A stretch of 64,000 nt of DNA, from contig NC_086386.1 of the NCBI RefSeq assembly GCF_036588685.1, positions 44,082,001-44,146,000 of the forward strand, written 5' to 3'. This DNA is from Mytilus trossulus (Eukaryota). Below, piece after piece: positions 15,701-26,800 of this stretch (the stretch's first letter is position 1; each line of letters starts with the position of its first letter). A model generated the notes under the pieces. The model did not search any database. It saw only the letters and a program-made list of their open reading frames with translations, and was not told the origin of the DNA. Made by a program: the position numbers and the translations under genes.

Positions 15701-18700
15701 TCATGATGATTGTGTGTTGCAGAACCTGACTATTTTGTATACAAATTGAAAATATATCTGCCATAATTTTTTTCAGATGTGATTTACTTTGAATTTCAAC
15801 ATAAAAATACAAAAAAATGTTTTAGTGTTAAATTATGAATGGTTTTTAAGATAAATAAAAAATGGACAATGGGAGACAACTCTTAACAAACCTCAGGATT
15901 ACATGTTCCACACACAGATATTTTTTCTGCTAACAGTTCATAATCTTGTCCCTGTCCTGGACTTTCTATCATCTTCCCTTCTACTGACACACTGCTACCA
16001 AATGTTATTTCACTGAAAATACATACATAAGTTTTCTAGTCTTAAAGGAGCACTAGCTACGATATATATACAAAAATAAAGTATGATTTTTTTTAGATTA
16101 ATCATTAATTGAATTGGAATAATGAAATAATAATTTGCTTTTAGCAATCAATTTGCTTTTATTTTGTTGAAATAAGCGATTATACATAATTTTTGACGGA
16201 TTCACTTGCAAGTGAATACGTCATCATCATTCTAACCGATATTCATGTGAACTCAATTTAACCCCCTAGCTAGAGACTGACAACGCATGCATTGTACGTG
16301 AACTGGTTATTTAAAGAAACAAAATGTCAACAATGAAAGTGAAACTACGGTAAATCATTTTATTACTAATTCGATCCACATAAATCATTCTTATACGGTT
16401 AAAAACAATAAGAAACTTATATTTTTAATCTATAAATTCAAATCAAACAGACCTATAAAAATCCAATTGCACGTGCTGGTTTAACCTATACATATCTTTA
16501 TTTGTGTTTACATCGCTTATATGGTCATCTGAGGTCAAATCGATAGTTAATTAGATGGCATCTGGATTTTAATACACACGAAACGAACCTACATATCATC
16601 TACCCCATGCTCCGTAAACTGTTTATTTTAAACGTTTGATAGATTGGATAAATGTTTTACATTGTTATTAATCAAATGTGAGAATTTGAGTCAAATTGGT
16701 GACCATGAATTTGACAGCTAGTGCCCCTTTAAGTGAAAAAGTTTGTTTCATTGTCAAAATGATTGTAGCATAAAGTTGCCTCGACTTTTATTAAAATTAT
16801 ACAAGTTTTGTACAATTTAAGAACAAAGCCTTCATTTAAGAATTTCTCATCTTTGAAGGTAAATTACTTGTTATTGAGCTCTGGAGGTATTATAACTTGT
16901 AGTGATGACAATGATGATAACTTACTCATTATTGAGTTCTGGAGGTATTATAACTTGTAGTGATGACAATGATGATAACTTACTCGTTATTGAGTTCTGG
17001 AGGTATTATAACTTGTAGTGATGACAACGATGATAACTTACTCGTTATTGAGTTCTGGAGGTATTATAACTTGTAGTGATGACAATGATGATAACCTACT
17101 CGTTATTGAGTTCTGGAGGTATTATAACTTGTAGTGATGACAATGATGATAACCTACTCGTTATTGAGTTCTGGAGGTATTATAACTTGTAGTGATGACA
17201 ATGATGATAACTTACTCGTTATTGAGTTCTGGAGGTATTATAACTTGTAGTGATGACAATGATGATAACCTACTCGTTATTGAGTTCTGGAGGTATTATA
17301 ACTTGTAGTGATGACAATGATGATAACTTACTTGTTATTGAGCTCTGGAGGTATTATAACTTGTAGTGATGACAACGATGATAACTTACTCGTTATTGAG
17401 TTCTGGAGGTATTATAACTTGTAGTGATGACAACGATGATAACTTACTCGTTATTGAGTTCTGGAGGTATTATAACTTGTAGTGATGACAATGATGATAA
17501 CTTACTCGTTATTGAGTTCTGGAGGTATTATAACTTGTAGCGATGACAACGATGAACCATCATTAACTTTGATGAAAGTTACATTCTTGTGGACTTGTAA
17601 TGTCTTCACCCAACCCTACAAAAAAAATGTTCATTCCATTCGATCATTTCTATTATTGTGAAGTACATGTACATATTTTATTATTTACCATAAAATAATA
17701 AAAGTTCTGAAGTTTTCTAGTAATATACATGAAAAGAAAATGCTTCTGTTATGTGAGCAGTGTCAAATAGAAATTGACTTCATGTAATCATATACATTTA
17801 ATTGTTTACGACTTTGGTTATTTTAGAACATTCAAATACGAAATAAAGAAGAATATATGGTTCTTATAACAATTGTATTTTCACACAGTTACCATAGTTA
17901 CAGTCTTTCCACAGATTTTTTTCAACCTGATATAAGTTAGAATATGTATTCATATTCATTTGAAAATTGCATAAGGTAGATTTCTATCTGGTGGGTCTTA
18001 TTTGGGTCTAAGTGTGAAGCGGGATTGTTGATTTTTTGTAAGAGTGACACATGAAAGTCAAATTATTGTGTTGTGAAAACCAGAAATGAGGTCTAGCAGG
18101 ACCTGGGAAATGACAAAAAAATGAGAATTACTTACATTTGTTATTGTGGACCAAAAAAATCGAAGAACTGTGATAACATACGTATGTTACATGTTTCAAA
18201 GGGACAATATAAATCATTACTTATAATGACTTAAAGTTAAAATGTATAAACATGATAAAAGTTCTATTGTCTCTATAAAATTGAGAATGGAAATGGGGAA
18301 TGTGTCAAAGACACAACAACCCGATCATAGACTTATCTATAACAGCTCATAATTTGACATTTTGTCTAGTTCACCTACAATAAATGTATGTTATTACAGA
18401 AAAAAATTTGCCTGTAATAACTAAAAGGGTGTTATCATAGCTTCTCTGTATCACTTCAAAGCATTTGCTCAGGCATACATCATGCTAAATTACAATGTAC
18501 TCTAGTTTATTTTACATGTTGTAAGAAATAATGACCAGAGCATGTAATGAGGTTCTGCACAATTTTCTCGTTAATTCCCAAGTGTCTTATATAATATATA
18601 TATATATATATAAGTTACATTCTTTTAAGAACTAAGCCTTGTTATCACAGCTATAGCTTATCTCTTCTAAATTTTGCACAGCCTTGGTAACTGATTTTTT

Positions 18701-20514
18701 TATTAGTACATTTTTGATTTACCATAGTAAATTAATGAGACAAGGCTAACCCTTTCCTCCATTGAATTCTTTTTTTTGCATACTTGATTCGCATAGGATT
18801 TTTTTGATAAAATGCTGAACTTATGCTTTGAGGTATTAAGGCATTGTGAAAAACAACTATTACATCAAATAAATTTAAGTCAGATATTCCTATGATATTC
18901 CTTTTCATATTGGATACAAACTTTATTAAGTCAACTGCAGACACTTTGTAGTCAAAGTGTTTCAACTGAGGTACTACACAGGTGTCAAAAGGCGTCATTA
19001 TGGAGTAAGGGGGGTGGCGTCAAAAGGCGTCATTATGGAGGAAAGGGGTAAATCAAAAATGTACTAATAAAAAAATCAGTTACCAAGGCTGTGCAAAATT
19101 TAGCTTCTGCACAAAACCTCAAGAGTTCCCTAGAGCCCACTATAAATGAAATAATTTTACAAATAACAAACATATGTTATTACAGATTTAGAAAAAATAA
19201 GGAATAAAGAGTAGACAACTCATGAAAGTATCTGTAATAACACACACAAGTTATTTTCTGTAATGACCCTTTAGAGTTATGTCTCTGACTGGCTTAATTA
19301 ACGTTACAACTAAAATTCCTAACAATAGAACCAAAATCAGCAGCGTTATGGTATTTTAGAATATGTTTGACTTAAAAATAAGAATCCATACAGATTTCAT
19401 CCACTTTCACAAGTAGTGCCTGATTCTTATTATCATTGTGTAATGTGTTTTCGTACTACATTGTAATAACAATTTTCACTGATTACGTTTTATACTGTAG
19501 AGTTTTTATTCCGGTGTTTACTAAAATTTAAAAAGCATGTCATGTAGATTGATTTTAGGTATCTAGTTTTTTTTGTCAAGGCTTACTACAATTTTTTACT
19601 GTTTCTGACTACTTTGCGATTTTAGTATGCCAAAAAAACGTATTTTTTTGTATGAAATAAAAATTGGATCAGTACACGGACAGGAAATGACTATAAAATT
19701 CAGAAATGAATATTTTCTAAATTTGTGGTTCTGGTGATACATGTAGCTTGAATCATAAACAAGTTATTTAATACTTTTCAGTACTAAAAATTACTACATA
19801 AGAGTTTTAGGTTGGTGTTTCATGTGCTGAAATTGTTTAGATTTTCATGATTTTTTGATTAATTTCAGATTAGCACTTGGTTTGTGCAAAAAATGTAATT
19901 TTTTTCTTAACATGCTTAAATAAAATGCAGTTTTCAAATTTTAGGATTATACATAAAAAGTTAAGACTGTATACACCTTATCGCTATTTCCCTACTCGGC
20001 CGCTCGACCTTTTGACGCATACAACAATCACTTTTCAATTGTGGCGTCAGATGTTTTGTTTTGTTTTATGACGTCAAAATTTCACGAGAACCTGTGTGAT
20101 ATCCAGTAATGGCGGACAAATAGCGATAATGTGTATTTAACTTAATGTCTCGAGCTCAAGGATATTGATACAAAAACATATGACAAGTACATAAATAACA
20201 AAAATGCACAACACAAATCTCTTTTACAATGCAATAATGCATTATGAAATAAAAAGTCTGACCAAAATGATTTCTATTACATGGCCGAAACAACCTAGGA
20301 CGAATCCACCAAGGCCGAACTGGCTTTAGTCTTTATGACCGAAACCTCTTGTAAGTTTCTGCCTAAGTTAAATTACCGTTGCATTGACTGTTACATCACT
20401 TTGTTTACATTTCAAAATGTCTTTAATTGTATTTCTAATTAATCTGTACTGAGTAAATGATAAAGATCTGGAGAGAAAGGATCTTTTTAGACCTCGAAGT
20501 GCAAATGTTGACAT
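6758..20514 (-). CDS. NARS2: Mitochondrial asparaginyl-tRNA synthetase (13 coding exons, 486 aa)
   Basis: Exons read by hand, all GT-AG and phase-compatible: 20514-20377, 17615-17506, 16012-15892, 15285-15145, 14747-14667, 13209-13082, 12490-12358, 11565-11464, 10692-10655, 9322-9256, 8952-8821, 7887-7763, 6902-6758 (sum 1461 nt). N-terminus is an Arg/Ser/Leu-rich presequence ([20 protein letters not shown]). OB fold: [13 protein letters not shown]. Class IIb motifs: [94 protein letters not shown]. Confidence 0.96.
9395..10208 (+). mobile_element. Helentron/HINE-like element, same family, in NARS2 intron 9
   Basis: Same internal units and terminal hairpin agctcacttggcccttcggcccaggtgagct. Confidence 0.7.
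11983..12125. mobile_element. Small MITE
   Basis: ggcct..ggtcataaaacttt / aaagttttatgcc..aggcc inverted ends. Confidence 0.55.
13408..13563. mobile_element. Foldback-like MITE made of inverted short tandem units
   Basis: Units of aagtcgatccggccc on the left arm are mirrored on the right arm around cagccccataa/ttatggggctg. Confidence 0.65.
14049..14329. mobile_element. TTAA-flanked MITE
   Basis: TIR ggtggtacc(c/t)aacac with TTAA at both ends. An inverted second copy lies at 28900-29167. Confidence 0.8.
16042..16732. mobile_element. TTAA-flanked non-autonomous DNA transposon
   Basis: TTAAaggagcactagct ... agctagtgcccctTTAA. A decayed inverted partial copy lies at ~41815-42195. Confidence 0.75.
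16863..17555. repeat. 58-bp tandem repeat, ~12 copies, made of the 3' end of NARS2 exon 2 plus its splice donor
   Basis: Unit cttactcgttattgagttctggaggtattataacttgtagtgatgacaatgatgataa, starting at 16921, 16979 ... 17501, plus a variant copy at ~16863. Confidence 0.97.
18667..19103. mobile_element. MITE with ~57-bp near-perfect TIRs
   Basis: ctaaattttgcacagccttggtaactgatt...tttacc / ggtaaa...ccaaggctgtgcaaaatttag, flanked by CTT on both sides. Confidence 0.8.
19971..20135. mobile_element. Small MITE in NARS2 intron 1
   Basis: TIRs tacaccttatcgctattt / aaatagcgataatgtgta. Confidence 0.6.
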
Positions 20515-20833
20515 TTTTTATTTTTGAATGGAGGCAGACATCTTGTAGATCGGAAATGAATATCCGAATTCACATATCAAAAAAGTACAAAATTTACTTC
20601 TCTTCTATCTTGATACAAACAATAATTGAAATCGAATAGTTTTATCAAATGAATTAATTTTTGAATCACATTTTAAACAAATAAAATTAAATATTACCCA
20701 ATCAGAATCAACCAATTTCACAATTTCCTCCTATCTGTCATGTGAGTGCCTAAGGTCAAGGATTTCTACAAATAAAACCGAAAAAAGCAACAGATCTGTA
20801 TATAGGTTCAAGAAAGTAACAAACCCATTAAAT
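20515..20833. promoter_or_regulatory. Bidirectional promoter / 5'UTRs between NARS2 and LAMTOR1
   Basis: The two start codons diverge with only 319 nt between them. Confidence 0.75.
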
Positions 20834-23800
20834 ATGGGATGCTGCTTTAGCAGCGAAGATGATAAAGACACACTGGTGAACATTCCCTCTTTTTTAAAAC
20901 TTTTAATAGATTCAAACTGAAAGCATTTATAAATGAACCCTCCCCCTCTTTATCTATAATACAGGTTTCTATACTAAATTTCGTTCATGTCAATATGTAT
21001 GTATGTTCTGTATCTTCCTTCTTTAGTAGGAGCACCACCATGGGTTATGGTGTAAAAAGGAAGACATTTAACACACTGTATTGGTACAGATTTAATGTGC
21101 GCATTTGCCTATCCAGTCTCCCAGCCTGGCCGTGACTGGTCTTACTACCAGAAAGTTAACCTTTCCCAAAACAACAAGTACAATATAATAAATAAAGAAT
21201 ACGAACACACCCACTCACCTGACTCGCTCATCCTCAAAAATATAAAAAATGCTTAATTTAGAAACACATTATATACAAAATAAAGGATAAGGTCACCCCG
21301 GATGCCGCACAAATGCCTAGACAACGAATGGGAAACTGGAGAGGACATACTTGGAATCCAAACCTATACCGCTAAATGCCCAGCTGTATTCCTGGTAGAG
21401 GAAAGCTGAAAATCCTATGAGAAAGGATCTCGGAAAGAAACTACTGATCCATTAGGAGAACAGCTAAAACCCTCAGACATCAAATAGATTGGTCTGATAG
21501 TTTCCCACATGGAAACTACTAATGGACCCCATCTGACAACATGTCTCAAACAAACCTGAAAATATCTGCAGAAACCTTTCTCAACAAAAAAATATAATCC
21601 AAATCAAAAAATATAGGATGTAAGGATAATAATATTTATCCATGAAATCAATTTGACAAAACAATTTCAATGATGTTGAAGGATTGTCTCTGCAAAAATT
21701 TTCACGTCTACTCTCATCGGCATGCTCGACTTGGTTTATACTATTTATCATTTGACTGTTGAGGTCTGGGATATATTTAACATGGTAGCTATTCAAGTTT
21801 CGCATAGCACTCAAAAATGATAAACCTTATTTTAACCTCAGATTGCTGCCAGTCGTATTTTAAGGTTGCATTCCGTGTGCAAGAAAATATGACATGTCAA
21901 TGTCTGTGACTTCAGATGTCCAACAATGATGTCATTTGATATATGACTTAACGCCATGATGTCCGTTACATTCGGGACATATTGAAGAAAAATATAACAT
22001 TGTTTAATCTTTGGTCTTTTATTTGAAAAAGATACAGCAATGATAAGAAGCTTGCATACATGTATGTTAAAACATGGACAGATGTGTCCCTTCGGCACAG
22101 TCTGTGTGGAAGCATGTGTTAAAAGGGTTAAAAGGTGGTAAAAACTAATTCAAGCTTATCATCTTCTCATCATTTCCTCCTTGGTTTTCATGCTGTTAAG
22201 AATGCATGAATTTGTGATGTCACAATTTCCCATGAATAAGGATGCACAATAAGAATTCATCATGTTCATATGTCGTATGAAAACATATGATCTGACCATT
22301 TATTTTTTTTTGTAATTTATTTTTATTTCATCTGAAAATACACCAAGTATATATTGTGATATATAGTTATATAGTTATTTCATAATACATATATTGATAT
22401 TAAATTTTCCAATAACAGTCTAAAATTAAAAAGTTAGTTATGCTATGCTAATTAGTCTAAATTTTCTACCAGATCATACACATCTTTTATCACTCTGGAT
22501 TAGAATACCGGAATATGTTGATAAGGTTAATGATGGCATCAGCCTTCTCCTCTAGCCACATGCATCACTCCCTATACAATGATGTTGAACATGAGAGGTA
22601 CCAGGAGAGGCCACCAGAGATCATTAACAAATAACATATTGGACAACATGTTGGACAGAGTCACATAAATAAATGTCAACCTAAGTCAAGGGGAGATAAT
22701 TCAAATACAATCAAACAAAAATTAGTATATCAATATATATAACATGTATAACAATAGCAATAAACATAGATAGTACTTTTAAGATGCACACAAATCACTG
22801 TCCAGTTGTGATGTGCATCAACATATAATTAATTCTACATGAAATATTATAAAGCCTTAAGTAAGTACAAAATAGAAAGATCTCTCCTCACATGTGAACT
22901 ATGTTTTTAATTAATTCCCATTTACAATCAAATTTCTCTCTTGCTCTAGGGGATCTGTAAAAGGAGGTAGATATTTTTTCTATTTGGTAGGAATTTTTAA
23001 TCATAGCTATGACACCCGTTAGAGTCGGTAATGAATTATTAAAGCGACATGTATAAATGTAATATTTAACCAGAATAGTGAATAAGTTTAGGGAAATATC
23101 CCAAGACTCTGACCCAAGAACAATGTTTTCCACATTAAGAATTAAAGTTATATTATTTTCAACTTGAAAAAGTGCTGCAATTTCTAACCACAAATTTCTA
23201 ACTAGGTTACATTCCCAGAATAGGTGACTTATAGTTTCTTTAGTTTCATTACAGAAACTACATAAATTAGTTTCTTTTAACCCATATTTCTGCAATAATG
23301 CATTTGTAGCGAGAGTTCTATGTAAAATCTTAAACTGGAACATACTAAATTTGTTGTTTTTAGTGCAACAAAAGGGTAAACTATAGATGAAATCCCAATT
23401 TTCTATATGAGTGCCTAGTTCCTTACACATTTTGTCTTCTTGTTTTGTAGGACGTTCTGTATACATTGACAAGAATTTTTTATAAAAGAACTGACATGAC
23501 TTTTTATTGTTTTTTATAAATTCAAATTTATCGTTAGATATGTGCATAATTTTCTCCGAAGTAGTGATTAAATTTTTCCAGTCTTTTGGTATCATATGCA
23601 GCAAAGAGTGGTATTCCAAGAAATTAATATTAAGATTATATTTTTCGCAGAATTCCTTTAAAGTAAAAAATTTGCTATTTTCATCAAGTAAATCACCTAT
23701 AAAGAAAACTCCTGATTCAACCCACCTCTGGTAAAAGATAGTTTTATTATTAATTTTCAAACTCTTGTTTAGCCATATGGATTGTTTCATGATCCCTTCA

Positions 23801-26800
23801 GCAGTGTCATTAGTGGCAGTGTTTAGGATATTCCAGTTTAGTAAAATATCTTTCCAGAAATTATTAAAATTTGAAGAAATCTTCTGGATACCATCAGGGG
23901 TCATCAACCATATTTTGTCTGCTCCTAATCTGTTGTATTGATCTATTAACAATGTTTTCCATGGGGATATATTCAAGGGGTCTAAAAGTTTATTTATCCA
24001 TGTCATCTTTAATGAATAACAAAAGGATCTTATATCTGGCATTTTCAACCCCCCATTTTCAAATAACCCTATCATAACTTTTCTTTTAATCTTGTCTGGT
24101 TTTCCTGACCACAAGAAACTAAAAAAAATATTTTGGATTTCTTTTATTTTATCATCCGGCGGGTTTGGCAAAACTGTCAATGATTGAATAAGAATAGGTA
24201 GAGCAAGTGATTTAATGACAGTGATCTTTCCCATATATGTTAAATCTCTATAAACCCAGGAATTTAGCAGGCTCTGTATTTTTTTAATTTTTTCTTCAAA
24301 ATTTACAAGCGTTTTATTTTCACTGAACAGATCAAATTTTATTCCTAAAAGTTTAAATTTTCCTGAATGATTCCAGTTTAAATTTCTTGTAGTTGTTAAT
24401 TTATCCCTTGAGTGAATCTTTGACCCAATCCATATGGCTTCAGTTTTATCAAAATTAGCCCTAAGTCCCGCACACTCAGAAAATTTTTCTAAAGTATATA
24501 AACATTTTTCTAAAGATTGCTCATCTTCATCTAATAAGAGACATGAGTCATCTGCATACTGGCTTAGTAGATACACAGAATCATTTATTTTCATACCATT
24601 TATATCTGGGTTATTTTTAAGTGCAGCACTCATAAGTTCTAAAGATAATATAAAGAGATATGGAGATAGAGGATCACCTTGTCTAACACCCCTCCCAATA
24701 TTAAAAAATTGAGAGCAATGTCCATTATTTATAATACAGCTCTGAGAATCTGAATATAAGGTCTTGACCCATCTACAAAAAATAGGACCAAATCCTAGAA
24801 AAGACAAAGCCAAGTCTATAAATGACCACTCAAGAGTATCAAAAGCTTTCTCAAAGTCTAATAAAAGTAAAAGACCTGGTAGATTATCATCTTCTGCCTT
24901 TTCCATAATGTCAAAAATAAGCCTGGTACATTCTCCAATATACCTACCCTTTATGAAACCTTGCTGTGTTTCACTAATTATATCCCCAAGAAAAGGTTTT
25001 ATTCTATTTGCTAATGCAGCTGATGCAATTTTTGTATCAACATTTAATAAAGTGATAGGTCTCCAGTTTTTTAATTGAAATTTTGATTTACCCTCTTTTG
25101 GAATGCATGTTATTACTCCCTGTTTCTGACTAACCGAAAAAGATCCAGTTTCTAAGCTATAATTAAAAGATTTTATAATAAACTCGTGGAGGTCTATCCA
25201 AAAAAATTTATAAAATTCTGTTGTAAATCCATCCATTCCTGGAGATTTACCATTTTTCATATTTTTCAATGTTTTTAAGCATTCATTAGTATTCAACTTA
25301 CCCTCTGCCTGTAACCTCTGTTCATCGGAAAGTTTGCGGATAAAAGGATTATTTTCATCAAAAAATAGATTTTTATGTTCTTGTTGAAGAATAGGATTTG
25401 TAGTGGAGTACAGTTTTTCATAAAATGATTTTTGTTCTTCTAAAATTTCACTTTGATTGAAAATTTCCTCCCCATTATTCTTAATTAATTTTGGAATTAT
25501 CTTTTCATTATAATTTCTTTTTTCAAGATTACAAAAATAGTTAGTACATTTTTCACCTTCTGCTACCCATCTTGCCTTTGCTCTTGCCATAATACCTGTT
25601 ACTATTTTCTCTCTGTGTTGAACAAGTTCATTTTCTAAAGTTTTAATTTCTGAATTTAATAATTCTGAGGGGTCCATTTCATAATTTTCAAGTAATTTAG
25701 CTAACTTGAGTTCTAAATCATTTTCAGTTTTTGTGTTTTTCTTTTTTATATAACTGGCATATGATATTGTTTTCCCTCTTATCATACATTTTAAGAGTTC
25801 CCAAAACAAGTGTGGGTTTACTGATAGTTCTGTTTCCAGGTCATTCCCAGGCAGAGAGTATTGATTTATAGTTTCCCTAATGCAATTTTTTATTTCAGTT
25901 ACATATACCATATCATGTAGTAAGCTATTATTAAACTTCCATGTGCCTTTACCTTTAATTTGATTGTAAAACTGTAAGGTCAGGTACACTGGAGAATGAT
26001 CAGACCTATAACTTATATCCATGTCTACATTTTTTACAAATGGTTCAAGATCAGATGAAATCAAAAAGTAATCCAAACGGCTTTGCTTAAGCCCAGGACC
26101 ACGCCATGTAAATCTTTTTGTATCTGGATTTAATGCTCTCCATATATCAACAAGGTCCAGGGACTCTATCATATCTAAAATTTTATCATGTGCTCTTATA
26201 TTGTTTTTTGCACTATAATTTGAGGTGTCCTTATCAAAGTCTTGCACCACATTCCAGTCTCCAGCCATAATTATGGAGCTATTTTTTATACCAGACACTA
26301 GACCTTTTATATTTTCAAAAAAAGTTGGAGAGTCCCCATTGGGACCATATATTGCAACAAGAGAAAGTCGATAATCTTGAATGGTCATATCTAGAATGAT
26401 AAAATTGCCTTCCTGATCCTTTTTTTCTTGGTGAATAGTAAATGTAAAACTATTTTTTAATAGAATTGCTACCCCTCTTGATCGGCTAGAACCAGAGCTA
26501 AAGAATGCCTTATACCCCCACTCATGTGCCCACTGCTTTTCTTTTTCTTTAGTACAATGTGTATCTGTTAATATAATTATATCATATCTTATCCTATATC
26601 TTGAAAAAAAATCTCTTCTCTTCACCTCCTCTGACAGACCCCTACAATTAAGAGATCCTATTTTTAAACTAGTCATTTCTCAACCAGTTCAATAGGTGTA
26701 ATATGTAACTCTATCCAACAGTCAAATGTTTTAAGTATAATATGATGGTATGTCATTCCTGATTTTTCAACATACTGATAAATAAACAATATCATACATT

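Noticed and set aside
16863-17555. Regular repeat array resembling a CRISPR locus
   Set aside because: The units are contiguous with no unique spacers, derive from a NARS2 exon/intron junction, and there are no cas genes in this eukaryotic DNA.
23507-25078. Plus-strand ORFs of 68-104 aa
   Set aside because: Antisense shadows of the LINE ORF2.
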